Shown: piece by piece, positions 57,397 to 64,000 of the stretch
Layout of the letters: every line of letters starts with the position of its first letter
Numbering within the stretch: position 1 is the first letter of the stretch
NCBI GenBank assembly: GCA_003134785.1
Contig: PLCN01000024.1
Span: 69,216 to 133,215 of the forward strand
Origin: Spartobacteria bacterium
Lineage (GTDB): Bacteria; Verrucomicrobiota; Verrucomicrobiia; Chthoniobacterales; UBA10450
Direction of reading: 5' to 3'
DNA length: 64,000 nucleotides
Notes under the pieces: model-generated
What the model saw: the letters and a program-made list of their open reading frames with translations, nothing else
Database searches by the model: none
What the model was told of the DNA's origin: nothing
Program-made: the position numbers and the translations under genes

Positions 57397-58455
57397 TTAC
57401 GAGGCTTTTTTTACCGCTTGGTAGATTTCCTCGACGATCTCGCGCAGGCCGTAACGAAATTTCCAGTCGGGATAATGTTCCTGGAATTTGCGCACGTCGC
57501 TGATCCACCAGATGTGGTCACCGATCCGGTTGTTCTCTTCGTATTTCCAGGTTAGGCGCCGGCCACTGATTTCTTCGCAAAGACTTATCGCCTCGAGCAT
57601 CGAGCAGTTGCTGTGGCGGCTGCCGCCGATGTTATAAACTTCACCGGCGCGCGGCGCTCGAATGAAGGCTGCGAAGGCGTCCACGAGATCGGCGCTATGA
57701 ATATTGTCGCGCACTTGTTTTCCGCCGTAACCGAAAACGCGATACGGCCGTCCAGTCACGGTGCAGATCATGAGATAAGAAAGAAAACCGTGCAGCTCCG
57801 CTCCGGCGTGGGCCGGCCCGGTGAGGCAACCACCGCGAAAACAAACGGTGGGCATTCCAAAGTAGCGGCCATATTCCTGCACCAGAATGTCCGCGGCCGC
57901 CTTCGACGCGCCGAAGAGCGAATGCTTCGTGTAATCGATGCTCATCGTTTCGGAAATGCCCGGCTCGTATTCGTGGCCGGGCTCGATTTCCCAACGCAAA
58001 GGCAGCTCGCGCAGGGGCAATCGATTGGGCGTGTCGCCGTAGACCTTGTTCGTGGAAGTGAAAACGAACGGCGCTTCCGGGCAAACTTCGCGAGCGGCTT
58101 CGAGAAGATTCAGGGTGCCGTTGGCATTGACCGTGAAATCGGTTTGGGGATCGCGCGCCGCCCAGTCGTGCGAAGGCTGCGCCGCGGTGTGGACGACGGC
58201 TGCGATCTCGTTGCGATGCTGCCGAAACAGATCGAGCACCCCCTTCGTGTCGCGAATATCGAGATCGAGATGCTGGTACTCGCGCACCGTTTCCACGAGT
58301 TGATTCCGCGTTTTTTTTGTCGAAGCCTCCGCGCCGAAGAATTGGCTCCGCATGTCGTTGTCGATCCCGAACACGCGATACCCTTCACTTGCGAAATGTT
58401 TCACGGTCTCGGAGCCAATCAGGCCCGCGGAGCCGGTGACGATAATGCTGCGCAT
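57397..58455 (-). CDS. NAD-dependent sugar epimerase/dehydratase (SDR extended family)
   Basis: [16 protein letters not shown] Rossmann motif and catalytic YxxxK (FGASKAAAD). Confidence 0.88.
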   Translation of the reverse strand: MRSIIVTGSAGLIGSETVKHFASEGYRVFGIDNDMRSQFFGAEASTKKTRNQLVETVREYQHLDLDIRDTKGVLDLFRQHRNEIAAVVHTAAQPSHDWAARDPQTDFTVNANGTLNLLEAAREVCPEAPFVFTSTNKVYGDTPNRLPLRELPLRWEIEPGHEYEPGISETMSIDYTKHSLFGASKAAADILVQEYGRYFGMPTVCFRGGCLTGPAHAGAELHGFLSYLMICTVTGRPYRVFGYGGKQVRDNIHSADLVDAFAAFIRAPRAGEVYNIGGSRHSNCSMLEAISLCEEISGRRLTWKYEENNRIGDHIWWISDVRKFQEHYPDWKFRYGLREIVEEIYQAVKKAS

Positions 58456-58488
58456 GGAAGGAGGTTCAAGCTGGTGCCGTGCCCAAAC

Positions 58489-59184
58489 TCACGCCTCACC
58501 TAGAATCCAGGTGAGAGCGCCGTTGGCCGGTTCCACGCGCGCCGACGGAAACTGCCGGTCGCCTCCCAGCACTTTCTGCAATAGGTCCACGTTCTTGTTC
58601 GCGTTCACCAGATAACAAACGTGCCGAGCCTGGTCGATGAGCGGAAAGGTAAACGTGATTCGCCAGGTGTTGAACTTGGGAACGAAATTGGCCACGACTT
58701 TTCTCACTTTTTCCTCAAGTGCCGCCGTGCCCGGAAACAACGAGGCCGTGTGGCCATCGTCGCCCATGCCGAGAAGAATCAAATCGTGGCGGTAAATCAT
58801 CTCACCTCGTTGCGCGGCGAGAAGATCAAGTCCGTCCTGATATTCCTGCGCTGCGATTTGCGGATCGATTTCGCCGCGAATGCGAGCAATCGATTTCTCC
58901 GGTATGGCCGCGGGGACGAAAAGCGATTCGCGGGCCATCCGGAAATTGCTTTGCTCATCGTCTGGAGAGACGCAGCGCTCGTCGCCGAAAGTAAAAAAGA
59001 CGCGGTCCCAAGGGAGGTCGCGTCCAATCCTGGCCAGTTCGGCGTAAACTGGCCGCGGCGTGTTTCCGCCGGAGAGCGCGATGCGAAATTGATCTCGTTC
59101 CGCCAGCGCGACGCGCGCCTTCTGGAGGATGAACTCCGCGGCGTCATGCACGAAATTTCTGGAACGGACAACTTCGCGCTTCAT
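58489..59184 (-). CDS. pgl: 6-phosphogluconolactonase
   Basis: FRIALSGGNTPRPVY..FGDERCV..LILLGMGDDGHTASLFPG. Confidence 0.9.
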   Translation of the reverse strand: MKREVVRSRNFVHDAAEFILQKARVALAERDQFRIALSGGNTPRPVYAELARIGRDLPWDRVFFTFGDERCVSPDDEQSNFRMARESLFVPAAIPEKSIARIRGEIDPQIAAQEYQDGLDLLAAQRGEMIYRHDLILLGMGDDGHTASLFPGTAALEEKVRKVVANFVPKFNTWRITFTFPLIDQARHVCYLVNANKNVDLLQKVLGGDRQFPSARVEPANGALTWILGEA

Positions 59185-59200
59185 GCGTGGGATGTGGCGC

Positions 59201-59677
59201 TTAGACCGCGCAATGCGTTAGGCCGCGTTTTTCGAGATAACGCTGATGGTAATCTTCCGCGGGATAAAACGTGGGGGCGGGCTCGATCTGAGTAACGATG
59301 GGCCGCTTGAAGCGGCCACCCTGGTCCAGGCTTGCTTTTGATTTCTCCGCCGCAGCCTGTTGCTCGGGCGAGTGATAAAAAATCACGGAACGATATTGAT
59401 CACCGACATCGGGCCCCTGACGATTCAGCGTGGTTGGGTTGTGATTCGACCAGAAGACATCGAGGAGCTGATCGTAACTAACGATCGCCGGATCGAATTC
59501 GACCTGCACCACTTCGGCGTGCCCGGTGCCGTGACTGCATACATCTTCGTAAGTGGGATTTTTCGTTGCGCCTCCCGCGTATCCGACCGTGGCATTGGTC
59601 ACGCCGCGCGTGGCGCGAAAGGTAGCTTCGACGCCCCAAAAACATCCGGCGCCGAATGTCGCTTTTTCTGTCGTCAT
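59201..59677 (-). CDS. msrA: Peptide-methionine (S)-S-oxide reductase
   Basis: [27 protein letters not shown]. Confidence 0.93.
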   Translation of the reverse strand: MTTEKATFGAGCFWGVEATFRATRGVTNATVGYAGGATKNPTYEDVCSHGTGHAEVVQVEFDPAIVSYDQLLDVFWSNHNPTTLNRQGPDVGDQYRSVIFYHSPEQQAAAEKSKASLDQGGRFKRPIVTQIEPAPTFYPAEDYHQRYLEKRGLTHCAV

Positions 59678-59715
59678 GGTGTCACCATGAAACGGGAAGA
59701 GCGGAGGCGCAAGAA

Positions 59716-59788
59716 GGTAGGGCGACGCTCCGCGGAGCCGTTGGTTGGGCGGACCGAATCCACCGGCTCGATGGAGTCTCGCCCTACC
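59716..59788. repeat. GGTAGGGCG-armed inverted repeat overlapping the stop codon of the upstream gene
   Basis: GGTAGGGCGACGCTCCGCGGAGC ... GGAGTCTCGCCCTACC. The TAG stop of the 59784..60416 gene lies within the right arm. Confidence 0.6.
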
Positions 59789-60416
59789 GCTTGACGAGCG
59801 TTGTGGTTTTGCTTTCCGTGCGATTGAGCGTCGAGCAATTCTCCACCAGCATTAATTCGCACGCGCCGTTGCCGGAATCTGTTCGGCTAAGGGAACTGCG
59901 CCAGGTGCCAATCTCCGGACCTGTCGCCTCGACCAGCTCGCCTTCGAGATGAACGAGTTCGCCTTGCCGGAGCGACTTGCAGAACGATGCGATGGCCGGT
60001 GTAGCCGGGATGACGTGAAGATTGGTGCTATGCGAAACGATTTGGTCACGCGGGATCGGCGGAGGCAATTGGTATTCGTACCAATAAAAACGCGTGCTTT
60101 GGCTAATCTCGATACGATCGAGCACAGCTTGATCAGACATCGGTCCCCACCCGACCGCGAGATCGACCGGCACGAGCTTCGATCCGCGATCGTAATCGTA
60201 AACCTTCCGGTGCAGAATTCGCGCATCGAGCGAAAACCGGACGAGAGCTTTCAGTTGATATTCGCCACGCGCGATCATTGGCTCTCCGTCGCCGATCGCA
60301 GTTTGCGCCGGTTCAGAATCGATCAGGACGCCGGCTGGATATGTGATCGGGCGATGTAAGTAGAAGTAACCAAAGAACGCGAGCGCGATGGCCAGGAGAG
60401 CTGAAAGGGTTTTCAT
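59784..60416 (-). CDS. Hypothetical membrane-anchored or secreted protein
   Basis: N-terminal hydrophobic segment [19 protein letters not shown], with coding-like composition. No family recognised. Confidence 0.65.
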   Translation of the reverse strand: MKTLSALLAIALAFFGYFYLHRPITYPAGVLIDSEPAQTAIGDGEPMIARGEYQLKALVRFSLDARILHRKVYDYDRGSKLVPVDLAVGWGPMSDQAVLDRIEISQSTRFYWYEYQLPPPIPRDQIVSHSTNLHVIPATPAIASFCKSLRQGELVHLEGELVEATGPEIGTWRSSLSRTDSGNGACELMLVENCSTLNRTESKTTTLVKR

Positions 60417-60576
60417 TCGCGGAGCGGCCTAACGAGAGGCCGGGGAAGGAAAAGCAGGTTTGGTGCTCGTTTGGTTGCGCAGGCGCGACCGACAGCGAGA
60501 AGTATCAAGGAGCGGCGGTTTACAAACCGCCGTCGTTTCGGTTCTGCGGTCTGGAGGCCGCCGCTCCCTGGAGGAA

Positions 60577-61320
60577 CTACATCACCATCCCGCCGTCCAC
60601 GGTCAGCACTTGACCGGTGATGTAATGCGCCTCCGCGGAAGCGAGATACGCAACGGCGCTGGCGATGTCGTCGGGCTGTCCAAGTTTTCCGAGAGGAATT
60701 TTTTGCAGGATTGCCTGTCGCACCTCATCTGAAAGCACGCCGGTCATGTCCGTCTCGATCAATCCTGGCGCGATGGCGTTGACGGTGATGCCGCGGCTGG
60801 CCAGCTCGCGTGCCAGCGATTTCGTCAGCCCGATCAACCCGGCCTTGCTCGCGGCGTAATTCGTCTGGCCAGCGTTGCCGATCAATCCGATGACCGAGCT
60901 GATGTTGATGATCCGGCCACTTCGCTGCCTGGTCATCGGCCGCACCAGGGCCTGCACAAAATTGAACGCGCCTTTCAAGTTCGTGTTCAGGACGGTATCC
61001 CAATCTTCCACCGACATCCGCATGCTGAGGCCGTCGCGCGTGACGCCGGCGTTGTTCACCAAAATATCAACGCGACCGAACTCTTCCAATATCTGCGCGC
61101 CAATTTTTTGCACTGCGGCGTGGTCAGCCACATCCACGGCATAGGCCTTCGCTGCATCCGCACGTGAGGCATTGATTTCTTCAGCGGTTTTCTGAGCGTT
61201 GGTTTCGGTGCGGCTGACGGAGGCGACGCGTGCGCCTTCACTGGCTAAACGCACCGCGATGGCGTGCCCAATCCCCCGCCCTGCTCCAGTGACCACTGCA
61301 ACCTGATTTTCGAATCTCAT
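60577..61320 (-). CDS. fabG: 3-oxoacyl-ACP reductase
   Basis: VTGAGRGIGHAIA, NNAGV, and the S..YAASKAG catalytic motif. 247 aa. Confidence 0.92.
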   Translation of the reverse strand: MRFENQVAVVTGAGRGIGHAIAVRLASEGARVASVSRTETNAQKTAEEINASRADAAKAYAVDVADHAAVQKIGAQILEEFGRVDILVNNAGVTRDGLSMRMSVEDWDTVLNTNLKGAFNFVQALVRPMTRQRSGRIINISSVIGLIGNAGQTNYAASKAGLIGLTKSLARELASRGITVNAIAPGLIETDMTGVLSDEVRQAILQKIPLGKLGQPDDIASAVAYLASAEAHYITGQVLTVDGGMVM

Positions 61321-61475
61321 CCCTAAGCCGACATCCTGCGCTGCCGCGTAAAACTGTCAACGAAGGATCAGATGCGCTTCGACGCCAGCCGGAGGCCGTC
61401 GCCGCAATGACAAAATGGGTTCTGTCCAGGCTTCGGTAGATTAGTCGAGTTGCCGGCTGGTCTTACGTAGCGCGA

Positions 61476-61829
61476 CTACTTCGGCGGCTCAACCACCCAC
61501 ATTTCCTTCCAGTAGAGAAAGACCGGCTCGGCTGTTTCGCGCACGTAGAGCCGTTCGTAACCTTTCCCTTCCACCTTGGGCGCTTTTTCCAAACGGTCCT
61601 TGGTTGCATCGAGGACATAATTTGTCTTGTCGTTTTCCTTGGCGACTTGGAACGCTCCCCACGGAACCGCGACTTTGGTAGCTCCGATCCCCAGGAAACC
61701 ACCAACCTCCAAAATGAGAAATCTCACGCGCCCCGAACCTGGGTCGATGAGAACCTCTTCAATCTCGCCAAGGTCCTCGTTTTCCAGGTTCTTGACGTGT
61801 GTTCTTTTGATTTCAGAACCGGCGACCAG
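61476..61829 (-). CDS. PRC-barrel domain protein (start uncertain; no canonical start covers the whole domain)
   Basis: The ORF track starts at the GTG at 61727, but the PRC consensus (SEIKRTHVKNLENEDLGEIEEVLIDPGSGRVRFLILEVGGFLGIG..VAVPW) continues in frame upstream. The only candidate start there is the CTG at 61829. Confidence 0.55.
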   Translation of the reverse strand: MVAGSEIKRTHVKNLENEDLGEIEEVLIDPGSGRVRFLILEVGGFLGIGATKVAVPWGAFQVAKENDKTNYVLDATKDRLEKAPKVEGKGYERLYVRETAEPVFLYWKEMWVVEPPK

Positions 61830-61849
61830 GTCGGGTCCGTGATCGCTGC

Positions 61850-64000
61850 CTAAGCTACAAGAACGCTCGGCGGATGATCCACACTTTCGCGGCGTCTAAT
61901 TTCCTCCATCACATCTTCGCCGATGATCTGCAGTAAACGCTTTTCGCGTTCGGTCATTCGGCGTGGCTTGACATCGAGGATGCAGAGCGAGCCAATCGGA
62001 AGGTTGTTGCTCCGGAGCGGAACGCCGGCGTAAAAGCGCAGGCCGCGCTCTCTTAATAAGGGGTTGTTTGTAAATCTTCGATCGCGTGAAAGGTCTTCGA
62101 CCACGAGTACCGCGTCGTTTGCGATCACATGGCCGCACACCGAAAGCTCACGCGACGTCTGCTGCGCTTCAGCGATTTCCTCCGGCAGCCCGACTTGCGA
62201 TTTGAACCACTGGTGATCGCGATCGATGAACGTGATAAGCGCAATCGGTACCTCAAAAATGCGCGCCAGCTTTTTCGTGATGCGGTCGAAAACTTCTTCA
62301 CGCGTGCCATCCACGAGATGCAAACGAGCCAGCTCTTCGAGGCGGTTTTCCTCGTTGTCCGGGATCGCGCCGGGGATCATCTCATCGGCCATCGAAACAG
62401 AAAACTTCGCGAGCTGCACCACTGCTTCGGCGAGGGATACCACCACTTCGTCCGCACCGGAAGACCGCAGCCGTTCTCCCGCGCCCGCCATGTTTTCCGT
62501 GGCACCCCAGATTCCGACCACGATTTTTGCGTGTGGCAATTGAGCGCGAAGTTTCGCGCTGAGATGGCGCGCATGGATCAGAGTGGAGGGTGTGACAACC
62601 GAGATGCAAATCGCTTCGGGATCCGACGTCGCCGCCATTTTGACGAGATCGCCAATGTTTGGCGCTGCCGGGGCGTTTTCGGCATCGAAACCTTGTTGTC
62701 GAAGCAACTGCACGAGCATCGCCCCGGCGAGTTCATCACGGTAGGCCCGGGCCGGCACGCAAAGCACGCGGCACGTGGGAGAGGAGAGAGGAAAGGGAGT
62801 GTGTTCGGCGACCGCCTTGTCCGCTTCCAATTGCGACTTTGACGGCGGGGCCGATCCGAGATCTTCAATCAGATCCTGGATGTGACGATGAATCGCGGAA
62901 CGCTGTTCTGGGCCCAGCTCGTCGCGTTGCGCGTCCATTTCCGCGAGTGTGACCGTCGGGATCAGAACGGAATCGTAAAGAGAAGTGAGTGAATTTGTTT
63001 TCACGTACGCTTCCGCGAGGTCGTTCGCTTCATCCAAACCTAACGCGAGCAATCGGTGATAACATTCCTCGTGCGGAGCGAGCGCTTGCTCTTCGCTGAG
63101 GAGTACGCTCAAGAACTGCAACTTCGGCACGTGCCGGCCCATCACGGCAACGCACACGGTCAGCGGGGTCGCGAGCACAAGCCCGATTGGTCCCCAAAGC
63201 CACGTCCAGAAAACCGCCGCGATGATCAGCGCGATGGACGAGACACCGGTGCGGGATCCGTAGAGCCACGGCTCGAGCGCGTTAGTGTTAATCAATTCGA
63301 GCACGACGAAAAGACCGAGCGTCAGAAGCGGATTGAGCCAGCTCGTGGAAACTGCAAACGAAATCAGCGCAGGAATTGCGGCCGCGATCCAAACTCCCAC
63401 GTACGGCACGAATCGCATGATCGCCGCGAACGCGCCCCAGAGCGCGGCGTTCGGCACGCCGATGAAGTAGAGTCCGATCGCAACGCACGAGCCAAAAGTC
63501 ACGTTCACCAGAAGCTGCATCGTAAGGTAGCGGGCGACGCGACTCCCGGCATCGTCCATTGCCCGCGTGGTCGCGCTGATCCGGCCTTGCCCGATCAAGC
63601 GGATCATTCGGCCGCGCAGGTCCTCGCGCTTCAATAGCATGAAGATGACAAGGAATAAAACGAGGCCGGCCGTCCCGAGCGGTCCGACTAATCCGGTCGC
63701 GGTCGTTTGCAGGATTTGCGGAAGGCGGCTTTGCGATTCGACGATCCGAACCGGCATCGGCTGTTGAGCCGCAGGCGTGTTGCGAGAGCGCGCCGCCGTG
63801 GTGGCCTTCGTTTCCGGCACCGGGCCGGTCGCATTCGCCGGCGGCTCCAACGAATCCGGCAGTTGCTTTTGCAGCTCGAAAATGCTTTGCGAAAAGCGAC
63901 CAAACGCGCCGCCGGTGGGAAGTCGGATCGCGTGCAATTTGTTGTCGATGTTCGTCTGGTAATCGGGAAGCTTTGCTGCCAGGTCGATCAGTTGACTCGT
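61850..64000 (-). CDS. AI-2E (PerM/UPF0118) family transporter fused to B12-binding-like and GAF domains, 5'-partial
   Basis: The frame is open to the window edge (..LAAKLPDYQTNIDNKLHAIRL). AI-2E TM core (FVPYVGVWIAA..TPLTVCV). Flavodoxin-fold VLCVPARAYRDELAGAMLVQLLRQQGFD..IVVGIWG. GAF (VPIALITFIDRDHQWFKS..GVPLRS..IGSLCILD). Confidence 0.85.
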   Translation of the reverse strand, partial: TSQLIDLAAKLPDYQTNIDNKLHAIRLPTGGAFGRFSQSIFELQKQLPDSLEPPANATGPVPETKATTAARSRNTPAAQQPMPVRIVESQSRLPQILQTTATGLVGPLGTAGLVLFLVIFMLLKREDLRGRMIRLIGQGRISATTRAMDDAGSRVARYLTMQLLVNVTFGSCVAIGLYFIGVPNAALWGAFAAIMRFVPYVGVWIAAAIPALISFAVSTSWLNPLLTLGLFVVLELINTNALEPWLYGSRTGVSSIALIIAAVFWTWLWGPIGLVLATPLTVCVAVMGRHVPKLQFLSVLLSEEQALAPHEECYHRLLALGLDEANDLAEAYVKTNSLTSLYDSVLIPTVTLAEMDAQRDELGPEQRSAIHRHIQDLIEDLGSAPPSKSQLEADKAVAEHTPFPLSSPTCRVLCVPARAYRDELAGAMLVQLLRQQGFDAENAPAAPNIGDLVKMAATSDPEAICISVVTPSTLIHARHLSAKLRAQLPHAKIVVGIWGATENMAGAGERLRSSGADEVVVSLAEAVVQLAKFSVSMADEMIPGAIPDNEENRLEELARLHLVDGTREEVFDRITKKLARIFEVPIALITFIDRDHQWFKSQVGLPEEIAEAQQTSRELSVCGHVIANDAVLVVEDLSRDRRFTNNPLLRERGLRFYAGVPLRSNNLPIGSLCILDVKPRRMTEREKRLLQIIGEDVMEEIRRRESVDHPPSVLVA

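Overview
This is a GC-rich bacterial chromosomal segment, roughly 58-60% GC by eye. I support about 42 protein genes and one tRNA, and I found no rRNA, no CRISPR array and no recognisable transposase or integrase. The gene content, the long Thr/Pro linkers and the families of GC-rich nested palindromes in intergenic DNA suggest a soil Verrucomicrobiota-like organism. That assignment is a low-confidence inference.

Layout:
- 1-13.8 kb: a head-to-tail array of three giant paralogous secreted BNR/Asp-box propeller proteins. Each ends in a Thr/Pro linker plus the same tandem pair of ~125-aa C-terminal modules.
- 13.9-18.2 kb: icd, a secreted hypothetical protein and pgi.
- 18.3-23.4 kb: a nitrogen-regulation cluster with a sensor-less histidine kinase, an NtrC-family sigma54 activator and glnD.
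- 23.6-28.1 kb: a nucleotidyltransferase, then a minus-strand run of an STT3/AglB-like GT-C glycosyltransferase, two bactofilins and a DUF5069 protein, lying just downstream of a tRNA(CAT).
- 28.1-37.7 kb: cydAB, an RND pump followed by its adaptor, and malate synthase.
- 37.7-43.5 kb: a small variable patch holding a decayed receiver domain, a palindromic element, a His-rich small secreted protein, a TM-NTF2-SH3 protein and an orphan TIR protein. It is followed by an S8/S53 peptidase that carries the same twin C-terminal module.
- 43.5-64 kb: mostly housekeeping genes (panD, gdh, a metB-like gene, murJ, DUF2339, nif3, pgl, msrA, fabG). The window ends in an AI-2E transporter fused to B12-binding-like and GAF domains.

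The best candidate for something undescribed is the twin C-terminal module shared by four otherwise different secreted enzymes. The two copies at 4.2-4.9 kb and 8.9-9.6 kb are 100% identical in protein yet differ at about 35 nucleotide positions, all synonymous. The secondary candidates are the divergent oligosaccharyltransferase-like gene sitting next to the bactofilin pair, and the orphan TIR locus.

All family names come from motif recognition by eye. No database search was run.
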